Below are positions 9,262 to 17,078 of a stretch of DNA of 23,889 nucleotides, in pieces (positions within the stretch are counted from its first letter, which is position 1; every line of letters begins with the position of its first letter). The DNA is taken from contig DAOMPZ010000023.1 in the NCBI GenBank assembly GCA_035445045.1, positions 1 to 23,889 of the forward strand, given 5' to 3'. The stretch is from Crocinitomicaceae bacterium. Its GTDB lineage: Bacteria; Bacteroidota; Bacteroidia; Flavobacteriales_D; Crocinitomicaceae. The translations under genes were made by a program, and so were the position numbers. The notes under the pieces were generated by a model. The model saw nothing but the letters and a program-made list of their open reading frames with translations, was not told the DNA's origin and did no database searches.

Positions 9262-9280
9262 TCTAAAATTAATAGGAATG

Positions 9281-9288
9281 CAAAAGTA
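9281..9288 (-). promoter_or_regulatory. Candidate -7 box (TACTTTTG on the minus strand) for miaB
   Basis: It matches TAnnTTTG and sits 19 nt upstream of the miaB ATG (9259-9261). No well-spaced -33 TTG was found. Confidence 0.35.
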
Positions 9289-9403
9289 TAAAATTATTCT
9301 GTCAAATTGTCAGTTTTGGAAAAATTTACACGCTGAAATTTATTTGAAGACTTCACAAAATAGAACTTACCTACAAAATAGTGTAAGAAATACATAATTT
9401 CCT

Positions 9404-9411
9404 TACATTTG
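9404..9411 (+). promoter_or_regulatory. Candidate -7 box (TACATTTG) for the PfkB kinase gene
   Basis: It matches TAnnTTTG and sits 16 nt upstream of the ATG at 9428. No clear -33 element was found. Confidence 0.35.
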
Positions 9412-9427
9412 CCTAAAAATTATTAAA

Positions 9428-10357
9428 ATGAGTTTATTAACGGTTGGTAGTGTTGCCTTTGATGCAATAGAAACGCCTTTTGGAAAAACAGATAAAATTG
9501 TTGGTGGTGCAGCAACATATATTTCGTTGGCAGCAGCGATGTATCAAAAATCACAAAAAATTGTAGCCGTTGTGGGCGATGATTTTCCGCAAGAAACGAT
9601 TAACGAATTACAACAACGTGGCGTGGATACAGAAGGTTTACAAATCAAACAAGGCGAAAAATCTTTCTTTTGGTCGGGAAAATATCATCACGATATGAAT
9701 GTGCGTGATACCTTGATTACGGAATTGAATGTGTTGGAAAATTTCGACCCGATTATTCCCGAAAGTTACCAAGGTGTTGAGTATTTAATGTTGGGAAATC
9801 TAACGCCAAAAGTTCAAACTACCGTTATTGAGCGTTTGACGAAAAGACCGAAATTCATCGCAATGGACACCATGAATTTTTGGATGGACATTGCATTAGA
9901 CGATTTAAAGGAAACGTTGCAATTAGTTGATATGTTAATCATTAATGACGAAGAGGCACGCCAATTATCCAAAGTTTCTTCGTTGGTTACAGCAGCACGT
10001 ATCATTCGTGAAATGGGGCCTAAATACTTGATTATCAAAAAAGGCGAACACGGTGCATTGTTATTCCACGGTGATAAAGTTTTTGTTGCTCCAGCGTTGC
10101 CTTTGGAAGAAGTTTTTGACCCGACAGGAGCAGGCGATTCATTCGCAGGTGGTTTCATGGGTTATCTTTCTCAAACCGATGATACTTCTTTTGAAAACAT
10201 GAAAAGAGCTTTGATTGCAGGTTCAGCAACGGCATCTTTTTGTGTGGAAAAATTCGGGACACAACGCTTAGAAGAAATTAATCAAAATGATTTACAAAAC
10301 CGCATAGCGCAATTTGTGGAACTCGCAAATTTCGATATGGTTTACCAACACGCATAA
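9428..10357 (+). CDS. PfkB-family carbohydrate/nucleoside kinase
   Basis: The ribokinase-like fold signatures are present: an N-terminal GG motif (KIVGGAATY) and the C-terminal PfkB signature DPTGAGDSFAGGF. Length is 309 aa. The substrate cannot be called from sequence alone. Confidence 0.8.
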   Translation: MSLLTVGSVAFDAIETPFGKTDKIVGGAATYISLAAAMYQKSQKIVAVVGDDFPQETINELQQRGVDTEGLQIKQGEKSFFWSGKYHHDMNVRDTLITELNVLENFDPIIPESYQGVEYLMLGNLTPKVQTTVIERLTKRPKFIAMDTMNFWMDIALDDLKETLQLVDMLIINDEEARQLSKVSSLVTAARIIREMGPKYLIIKKGEHGALLFHGDKVFVAPALPLEEVFDPTGAGDSFAGGFMGYLSQTDDTSFENMKRALIAGSATASFCVEKFGTQRLEEINQNDLQNRIAQFVELANFDMVYQHA

Positions 10358-10367
10358 TTTTTATATC

Positions 10368-12073
10368 ATGGAAAAAACGGAGTTCTTAGAAAAATTGAAA
10401 GCCTTAACCGCAAACGAAGATGTGTTAAGTGTCAATCGGGAAGTCAACGAACTGAAAACGCAATTTGAAGATTTTACGATAGAAGAGGAACGTAAACGCC
10501 AAGTTGCTTTTTTAGAAAATTCTGAAAATGAAGAGAAAATGTTTGAAACGCATATCGCTGATGCCGTCAAAGACGAATTTTACGAGGTGTTTAACGCTTT
10601 CAAAGAAAAAAAGAACGCTGTTTTAAAACAACAAAAAACCGAACAAGATAGCAATTATGCGATTAAACGCTCGCTGTTGGAACGTTTGCGCAACTTAATT
10701 GAAAACGAAGAAAATATCAAAACGGCTTACGAAGTGTCCAAAGAAATTCATGAAAAATGGGTTAGCGTTGGGGAAGTGGCACGTGAAAAACGCCAAGAAA
10801 TTCAAGGCGAATACACACGTTTGCGAGATATGTTCTTTTCTAATCTTTCGATTTTCAAAGAATTACGTGAATATGATTTGAAGAAAAATCAACAAATCAA
10901 AGAAGACATCATTGCGAAAGTTATTGCCTTAAAAACGGAAGAAAATATCAAACATATTGAAGAAGTGTTGAAAGCACTCCAAAATGAGTTTGACGAAACA
11001 GGGCCTGTTCCACGTGAGGAGTGGGAAAAAGTACGTGATGCGTATTGGGATAACGTCAAAGAAGTGTATCAGAAAATTCATAATTTCTACGACGAAAAAC
11101 GTGCGCAACTACAAGAAAATACAGAGAAAAAAGCAGAACTTTTAGAAAAAGTAAAAGCCTTTGTTGCAGAAAATGGCAATTTAGACAACACCAAATCGTG
11201 GGAAACAGCGACCAAAACCTTGATTGCTTTTCAAGAAGAATGGAAAAACATCGGTTATGGTTTGAAAAAACAAAACGAAGAATTATGGGAAGAATTGCGT
11301 GCCAACTGCGATTCGTTCTTTGATAGCAAACGTAAATTCTACGAAAGCCTAAAAGGTAAATTTGACGAAAATGCCACGAAAAAAAATGAGTTGATTAGTC
11401 AAATTAACGAACTCAAAGAAAGCACCGACTGGCAAGCGACGACTAAAAAAATTCTTCAATTACAAGAAAATGGAAGAAAATCGGTCACGCAGGGCAGAAG
11501 TTAGAACAACAACTTTGGAAAGACTTTAGAGGTGCGTGTGATTATTATTTCACAGCAAAAGACACATATTACAAAGAATTAGATGCGGCATCAGCAGAGA
11601 ATTTAGTAGCCAAACAAGCGGTTATCGAAAAAATCAAAGCGTTCGAGCCAAGCGATGATAAAAAACAAGTGTTGGACACGTTGAAAAACTTTTCTGCGGA
11701 ATTTAACGCTATCGGAAAAGTGCCGTTCAAAGAAAAAGACACGATTTATAATGCGTTTAAAAGTGCGCTTGATGTGCATTATGGCAAACTCAAATTAGAA
11801 GGTGAGGAAAAAGAAAAAGCGTTATTTCAAGCACAATTAAGCAACTTGAAAGCTGCGCCAAATTCCGAGGAATTGCTCGACCGTACAAAGAAAGATTACC
11901 AAACGCAAATTCAAACCTTGCAACAAGCTGTTCTTCAATATGAAAATAATTTGGGTTTTTTCTCAAATGCAAGTGCAACCAATCCGATTATTGCGGAAAT
12001 CAATCAAAAAATAAAGTCAACCAAGAATAAAATCGAACAATTAAAATTAAAAATAAGTTTGCTCAATGAATAA
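10368..12073 (+). pseudogene. DUF349 repeat protein split by a 1-nt frame shift near 11467-11470
   Basis: The DUF349-type motif (W..IG....E.LW..F....D.FF) recurs in frame 0: EKWVSVGEVAREKRQEIQGEYTRLRDMFF and EEWKNIGYGLKKQNEELWEELRANCDSFF. Frame 0 stops at 11502-11504. The next repeat, WKKIGHAGQKLEQQLWKDFRGACDYYF, continues in the -1 frame. That frame is open from 11447 to the TAA at 12071-12073. Confidence 0.65.
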
Positions 12074-12740
12074 ATTTGTCAATTCCGTACTGCTGTTTTT
12101 GTGTTTAATCACATTTTTTATGACAGTTGTTGTCGGTAGAGATTTGCCTATTTCTTTTCTCAAAACAACAGGACAATATTTGCCGTACAAAGAAGTCTTT
12201 TTTATTGGTGCAGCATTAACTATTTTTACAATTGGCGGAAGACGAAGCGTTCAACGTTGGATGGGGCTTTTTATGATTAAAAATGTGGCACGCTACCAAT
12301 GGAACGAACCTGTTGGGAAGGAACGCAAAAGCCGAGCGATATTTTATTTGATATTGGAGGGGTTTGTGCATCTTGTTTTGGCATTTATGATGATGTCGTT
12401 TACAAAATATGCGTTTCCTGTTTTTATTGCCTTGACTTTGTTGGGGATAGACCATTTTATTTATGCTTTGGTCGGGAAAATCAAAAATGTATTTCGTATC
12501 GGTATAACCAAAACAGCTGTCGTGTTGGTGGACAGAGATGTACGTGTTTTGTATTTTTCGGGCTTGCGCAAAGTGAGCGTTTTTCAGAAAGAAATTTTCT
12601 TCGATTACATTAAAGATTTAACCCTCGAAATCCCAAGCGATGCCGTAGATGCTCAACACCGAAACGAATTTAAAACAGCGTTAGAAAACCAATTAGATTT
12701 GTCACGTGTGTATATTGATGAGTCGTTTAAGAAATATTAG
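12066..12740 (+). CDS. Hypothetical integral membrane protein
   Basis: The ORF is 224 aa with about 4 hydrophobic segments. Its ATG overlaps the end of the DUF349 gene (ctcAATGAATAA). I recognise no family. Confidence 0.55.
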   Translation: MNKFVNSVLLFLCLITFFMTVVVGRDLPISFLKTTGQYLPYKEVFFIGAALTIFTIGGRRSVQRWMGLFMIKNVARYQWNEPVGKERKSRAIFYLILEGFVHLVLAFMMMSFTKYAFPVFIALTLLGIDHFIYALVGKIKNVFRIGITKTAVVLVDRDVRVLYFSGLRKVSVFQKEIFFDYIKDLTLEIPSDAVDAQHRNEFKTALENQLDLSRVYIDESFKKY

Positions 12741-12769
12741 AAGAGTTAAGAGTGCAGATACGTGGTGGA

Positions 12770-12805
12770 ATTGTTAAACCAACAAGTCTCATCGGGACGA
12801 CGGAC
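12770..12805. repeat. Hairpin-repeat family, copy A (degenerate, first hairpin only)
   Basis: The sequence is ..ttaaaccaacAAGTCTCATCGGGACGACGGA. The stem is GTCTC/GGGAC with one T-G wobble. It is preceded by AGTTAAGAGT (12744-12753), which also precedes copy C. It overlaps the 3' end of the minus-strand TonB_C gene. Confidence 0.55.
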
Positions 12806-13217
12806 TTTTATTCAAGGTAAATTCAACAGGCAAAATAAAATACGAATTAACGATTTGCCCATTCTTTTTAGCAGGAATCCATTTTGGCATTATTTTCACA
12901 ACACGAATAGTTTCGGCATCACATTCGGGGCAATCTTTTGCACCTTTTATAACTTCTGCATTTGTGATACTTCCCTCTTTACTAACAACAAGTTTAAGAA
13001 TGCTTCTTCCTCTGTATGAAATCTCTTGAAGTATAGCGGGCAAGCGAAGATTTTCTCTTAAAAATTTAAGCAATTCCTTTCTGCCACCTGGAAATTCGGC
13101 ATACTCATCTACATACGTTTCAATTTCGGGGTTTTGGTCTTTTGGCTGAACAGGCGGTTGCGCAAGACTCATGCTCGAAAACAAAGCAATTACACTAAAA
13201 ATGACTACGGCTTTCAT
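12789..13217 (-). CDS. Secreted TonB C-terminal-domain protein (TonB_C only)
   Basis: There is a signal peptide (MKAVVIFSVIALFSSMSLAQ). The TonB_C-like pattern follows: AEFPGGRKELLKFLRENLRLPA...GRSILKLVVSKEGSITNAEVIKG......VVKIMPKWIPAKKNGQIVNSYFILPVEF. Length is 142 aa. There is no N-terminal TM anchor and no long Pro-rich spacer. Confidence 0.7.
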   Translation of the reverse strand: MKAVVIFSVIALFSSMSLAQPPVQPKDQNPEIETYVDEYAEFPGGRKELLKFLRENLRLPAILQEISYRGRSILKLVVSKEGSITNAEVIKGAKDCPECDAETIRVVKIMPKWIPAKKNGQIVNSYFILPVEFTLNKSPSSR

Positions 13218-13325
13218 ACTATTCGTGTTAAAATGATTATCTCAAAGTTAGGAATAAAGTCCGAATGGTGTGAAAAAATAAGGGGTGTTTTTATTGTGCG
13301 GTAGGGTTTGTTGATTGCAAACAAC

Positions 13326-13382
13326 ATTAACAAGTCCCATCGGGACGACCGATATTGTTCGCAGGGATTTTAATCCCTGCCG
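13326..13382. repeat. Hairpin-repeat family, copy B (best-formed copy)
   Basis: The sequence is attaacAAGTCCCATCGGGACGACCGAtattgttcGCAGGGATTttAATCCCTGC. Hairpin 1 is GTCCC-atc-GGGAC. Hairpin 2 has a perfect 9-bp stem. It lies between the menC stop and the TonB_C gene start. Confidence 0.7.
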
Positions 13383-13383
13383 T

Positions 13384-14427
13384 CTAAACAACCCACAATT
13401 CCCCACCTCTAATCTCCGTCTTTGCTACCGTATTTTTAACAAACAATCCGCCTGTTCCCAAACCTTGGTGCGCACGAGCGACGTCATAAGTGGACACAAA
13501 TTGCGCAATCATATTTAAACCAACATTCGATTCTAACGCTGAGGTTATCCACCACGGAATATTCAGCGATGTCGCTAAATCAATCCATTCCCGACAACCT
13601 TTTAAACCACCATGCAAACTTGGTTTCAGAATGATGTACTGCGGACGTATCGTTCCCAAAAGTTCTTTTTTTGTGGCGTAATCATAAACACCAATTAATT
13701 CTTCATCCAAAGCAATTGGGCAGGGCGTTTGTCGGCAAAGTTTTGCCATTAAATCCCAATTTCCTGCTCGAATAGGTTGTTCAATCGAATGAATGTCTAA
13801 GGCGGCTAATCGTTGGAGTTTTTCCAAAGCCTCGTGATATGAAAAAGCACCGTTTGCATCAACACGCAAGGTCATTTGTTGGGAAGTATAATGTTTGCGA
13901 ATGTTAGACAACAGGCCAATTTCCGTATCAAAATCAATCGCTCCGATTTTCATTTTGATACACGAATAACCCTCGTGAAGTTTTGTCTGAATTTGCTCGT
14001 TCATGTAGGTTTCGCTCCCCAACCAAATCAAACCGTTAATCGGAATACCGATTTCTTTGCGAGTGAAAGCCGTGTCGTAAAAAAGTTGTTTTCCGCCAGT
14101 CGAAAAATCCAAAAAAGCAGTTTCCAAGCCAAAATACAAAGACGGTTTGTCGTACCATTTTTCAATAAATGGATTGAAATTGTCCGTTGTCAACTGATTT
14201 TCGTTGAGTTCATTTACGCATTGTTCCAACCAATTTTGAAACGTATCAAGTTGCTCAAATTCTTTGGTTAAACCCTCAATAATACTGATTTCGCCAATTC
14301 CAACTAGTTCACTTCCTGTTTCTGAAAGATAAATATACCAAGCGTGTTTTTGGGTTAAAATCCCTCTACTTGTACCACTCGGACGTTTAAAGGTCAAAGG
14401 CGCATATTTTAATTCAAATCGTAACAT
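13384..14427 (-). CDS. menC: o-Succinylbenzoate synthase (enolase superfamily, MLE subgroup)
   Basis: Enolase-superfamily catalytic pattern is present: KxK (CIKMKIG), metal ligands in RVDANGAF, IEQP and LDEEL, and a second Lys in ILKPSLHGG. Length is 347 aa. It sits immediately downstream of menA. Confidence 0.75.
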   Translation of the reverse strand: MLRFELKYAPLTFKRPSGTSRGILTQKHAWYIYLSETGSELVGIGEISIIEGLTKEFEQLDTFQNWLEQCVNELNENQLTTDNFNPFIEKWYDKPSLYFGLETAFLDFSTGGKQLFYDTAFTRKEIGIPINGLIWLGSETYMNEQIQTKLHEGYSCIKMKIGAIDFDTEIGLLSNIRKHYTSQQMTLRVDANGAFSYHEALEKLQRLAALDIHSIEQPIRAGNWDLMAKLCRQTPCPIALDEELIGVYDYATKKELLGTIRPQYIILKPSLHGGLKGCREWIDLATSLNIPWWITSALESNVGLNMIAQFVSTYDVARAHQGLGTGGLFVKNTVAKTEIRGGELWVV

Positions 14428-14429
14428 AC

Positions 14430-15374
14430 CTAAAGAATAGAACTTAACGCAAATAAAATACTGATTAAAAAAGTTGCCAGCGCAACAGTTTTTAAAAATG
14501 GGTCAAACGCTTTGTCTTCTTGAACATGCCAAACTTTACGAATATGAACAAGCAAAATTAAAATCGGAATACCAAGCGAACTAAAAAATAATGTCAGTTT
14601 CTGAAATAACAAAATGTACGCAAGCAAACTCGCAATCGCTGAAAGAATTAAAAACGTATGGTATATTTTAGCATTTTTTCGACCAATTTTCACGACCAAT
14701 GTACGTTTGCCGACTTTTTCATCGTTTTCGCAATCTCGCATATTGTTGAGGTTCAAAACCGCCGTGCTTAACGCTCCGATTGTAAATGCAGGTAACAGTA
14801 GTTTCCATTCAAAAGTTTCCAATGATAACTGTGCAGGAAACAAGTGATAGACACCAATTACGCTTACAAATCCGAAGAAAATAAACACGAAAATATCGCC
14901 CAAGCCCAAATATCCGTAGGCTTTTTTGCCCATAGTATAGGTAATTGCTGCGAAAATGCAGAAAAATGCCAGCACGATGTAAAACAACCAAAATGAAAAG
15001 TCTTTTCCGTTTGCACTGACGTAAATCAACGAAACTGAACTGATAAATGCCAAAACACTCGTCAATCCAACAGCAATTTTCATGGACGAAATGCTAATTC
15101 CTCCCGACTGCACGGCTCTTGTTGGACCAACTCGATTGGCGTTGTCTGCACCTTTGAGTGTGTCGCCTAAGTCGTTGGCGAAATTGGATAAAACCTGAAA
15201 AAACAAGGTTGTCAACAATGCTAAAATAAAAATTGTTTTGTTGAAAATATTGTCATTAAATGCCACAAAACTCCCAAAGATAATGCCCGAAAGTGACAGC
15301 GGTAAGGTACGCAAACGTGCGGCGTGTAACCAAATTTTAATGCGTGACATCATTCGTTTTATTTCTGTTTGCAA
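14430..15374 (-). CDS. menA: 1,4-Dihydroxy-2-naphthoate polyprenyltransferase (UbiA family)
   Basis: It has about 8-9 TM segments. The motif NFANDLGDTLKGADNANRVGPTRAVQSGGIS parallels E. coli MenA NLANDYGDAVKGSD..RIGP.R. A second Asp-rich motif, NNMRDCENDEK, is present. The true start may be the internal MMSR (15350/15353). Confidence 0.82.
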   Translation of the reverse strand: MQTEIKRMMSRIKIWLHAARLRTLPLSLSGIIFGSFVAFNDNIFNKTIFILALLTTLFFQVLSNFANDLGDTLKGADNANRVGPTRAVQSGGISISSMKIAVGLTSVLAFISSVSLIYVSANGKDFSFWLFYIVLAFFCIFAAITYTMGKKAYGYLGLGDIFVFIFFGFVSVIGVYHLFPAQLSLETFEWKLLLPAFTIGALSTAVLNLNNMRDCENDEKVGKRTLVVKIGRKNAKIYHTFLILSAIASLLAYILLFQKLTLFFSSLGIPILILLVHIRKVWHVQEDKAFDPFLKTVALATFLISILFALSSIL

Positions 15375-16092
15375 TATCTAATAAAAAATCGGCATTTTGC
15401 TCAATGTGATTGCCGATAACAATAACATTTGCATCGTTTTGAAAATTCTCAATTTCTTGAATAGAGCGAATACCACCGCCCACAATAATTGGGCAATTCG
15501 GCAATGCTTTATGTGTTTGTTCAATTAAATGCAAAGGAACGGTATTTTTTGCGCCACTTCCTGCATCGTAATAAATAATACGTTTACCTTGCATCGCTCC
15601 TGCCAAAGCCGTTTGTAATGCAATTTGGTCTTGGTCGGACGGAATAGGTGTCGTCTGACTGATGTAAGCGACCGAACTTTTTGTGCCTCCCTCAATTAAA
15701 ATATATGCTGTTGGTAAAATCTCCAAACTCGATTGGTGCAATTCGGGACTTGCCAAAACATGATGACCGATTAAAAAATCCGCATTTCTACCTGAAAGTA
15801 AACTCAACAACAAAATCGCATCGGCATCGTGCGAAATCTGATGACTTGAGCCAGGGAATAAAATAAGCGGAATATCTGTGTTCGCTTTTAAAATTGAAAC
15901 GATGTTTTCGGTTTCTTTGCGTGTGACGGTACTTCCTCCGATAAAAAAGAAATCAATTTGCGCAAATTCTGCCTTTTGGATAAGGGCAAGCAAGGCAACT
16001 TTATCCGTTGCTTTTTCGGGGTCGATTAAAATGGCAATTTGCCCTTTTTTCTGTGCGAGCTTATTATAAATATGTGTTCGATTCTTGTACAA
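15337..16092 (-). CDS. Geranylgeranylglyceryl/heptaprenylglyceryl phosphate synthase family protein (PcrB/GGGPS-like TIM barrel)
   Basis: The family pattern is present: ILIDPEK, FFFIGGS, LFPG, LLSLLSGRNADFLIG, YYDAGSGA, VGGGIRS, VIVIGN. This is collinear with B. subtilis PcrB and archaeal GGGPS. Length is 251 aa. It overlaps both neighbouring genes. Confidence 0.8.
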   Translation of the reverse strand: MYKNRTHIYNKLAQKKGQIAILIDPEKATDKVALLALIQKAEFAQIDFFFIGGSTVTRKETENIVSILKANTDIPLILFPGSSHQISHDADAILLLSLLSGRNADFLIGHHVLASPELHQSSLEILPTAYILIEGGTKSSVAYISQTTPIPSDQDQIALQTALAGAMQGKRIIYYDAGSGAKNTVPLHLIEQTHKALPNCPIIVGGGIRSIQEIENFQNDANVIVIGNHIEQNADFLLDIANRNKTNDVTH

Positions 16093-16705
16093 GTGCGTTC
16101 TTATTAAAACTAAAGATGTAATTATCTTTCACAAAAGTAGTAAATTCTGTCACGTACCATTGATTTTTTAGCAAGACACACCCGAAGTAGGTATTATTTA
16201 CCTGACTTATAATAATATGATTTTGATAATCCAATCCGACAATCGAAACGGCTTTGTACAAAACTTCTTTCATCGTCCAAATGCGTGTTAATTCTTCTGC
16301 GGAATTTAAATCAAAATGCTGTTCTTCGTGCGCATTGATAAATTTAGACGTAACACGTTTTACTTTGTCCGAAATTAGTTCAATATCCAACCCGATTTGA
16401 AAATCTGCGACAAGCATACCTATATATATAAAGGAATGACTAATTGAAATGTGTTTTTCTGCATGATAAAGTAGGCGAGGCGCACCATTTTCGCTGTAAA
16501 TTATTTCCTCGTTTTCAAAAAGATAATTTTTCAGACAAACCACACCTTTAAATTCTCGTTTGCGTTTTTCGGACGAAAATTCATTCAAGCGTTTTAATTC
16601 GTGTTCCCGAAATTCAATTTTTGCCAAATCCAACGACGGCTCATTTTTCAAAAAAACAAGCTGAGTATCATCTATTTTATATTCTTCAATCAAGCAATCA
16701 GACAT
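16064..16705 (-). CDS. 4'-Phosphopantetheinyl transferase (Sfp-type)
   Basis: PPTase motifs are present: ISISHS, GLDIE and WTMKEVLYKA (the W-x-x-KE-x-x-K motif). Length is 213 aa. It overlaps the GGGPS-like gene by 29 nt. Confidence 0.75.
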   Translation of the reverse strand: MSDCLIEEYKIDDTQLVFLKNEPSLDLAKIEFREHELKRLNEFSSEKRKREFKGVVCLKNYLFENEEIIYSENGAPRLLYHAEKHISISHSFIYIGMLVADFQIGLDIELISDKVKRVTSKFINAHEEQHFDLNSAEELTRIWTMKEVLYKAVSIVGLDYQNHIIISQVNNTYFGCVLLKNQWYVTEFTTFVKDNYIFSFNKNALVQESNTYL

Positions 16706-16838
16706 TTCACTAAATTTACATAACGAGTTACAAATAAAATTGCTAATATAGCAACAAAGTATTTAATGATAGACAAATTTTTAGTACAGAGTTAAACAAG
16801 TTAAGAGTTTAGGGTGATGAGTTAAGATGAGTGACGGA

Positions 16839-16897
16839 ATTTAATAAGTCCCATCGGGACGACCGATATCAATAGGCAAGCGGTTTTAACCCTTGCC
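16839..16897. repeat. Hairpin-repeat family, copy C
   Basis: The sequence is atttaatAAGTCCCATCGGGACGACCGAtatcaataGGCAAGcggttttaaccCTTGCC. It lies in the divergent spacer between the PPTase gene and the TBDR-like gene. Confidence 0.7.
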
Positions 16898-16913
16898 GAA
16901 AATAAAGGGCGAA

Positions 16914-16972
16914 ATTTAACAAATCCCATCGGGATGACCGACTATTATAAGCAGGCTGTTTCAACCCTTGCC
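16914..16972. repeat. Hairpin-repeat family, copy D (tandem to C, 75-bp offset)
   Basis: The sequence is atttaacAAATCCCATCGGGATGACCGActattataaGCAGGctgtttcaacCCTTGCC. Hairpin 1 is ATCCC-atc-GGGAT, a compensatory G-C to A-T change at the base of the stem relative to copies B and C. Confidence 0.7.
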
Positions 16973-17078
16973 TCAAAAAAAAACTAAAAACTTTTAAACA
17001 GTTGGCTGTTTGTATGCGGATTTAACTATCTTTACGCACTTTTTAGTAGTAGAATATGTATAATTTTAAACGTGAATT

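Noticed and set aside
10314-10367. An upstream TTG/ATG extension of the DUF349 ORF (MWNSQISIWF..)
   Set aside because: It overlaps the last 44 nt of the PfkB gene and encodes a non-conserved-looking peptide. ATG 10368 (MEKTEFLEKLK) directly follows the PfkB stop and fits the helical repeat protein.
11447-11504. Programmed -1 ribosomal frameshifting in the DUF349 gene
   Set aside because: There is no X-XXY-YYZ slippery heptamer and no obvious stimulatory structure downstream. A 1-nt loss in an A-run is the simpler explanation. It is retained as a finding only as a disruption.
12286-12302. A TGGCAC sequence resembling the sigma54 -24 element
   Set aside because: It lies inside a CDS, and the -12 position lacks TTGC (it reads ..gctacCAAT).
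13876-14271. A 131-aa plus-strand ORF, and similar antisense ORFs in the menC/menA/GGGPS region (13490, 14614, 15681, 15878)
   Set aside because: They are antisense to CDSs that carry clear family motifs. They have no start context or recognisable domains.
16839-16972. A mini CRISPR array formed by the two tandem repeat copies at a 75-bp period
   Set aside because: There are only two tandem units, and they diverge from each other. The same repeat is dispersed singly elsewhere. No cas genes or leader are present.
16706-17078. A cobalamin, TPP or other riboswitch upstream of the TonB-dependent-type gene
   Set aside because: I could not find a B12 box or a TPP (CUGAGA) core. The structured segments here are copies of a repeat that also occurs in unrelated positions in the window.
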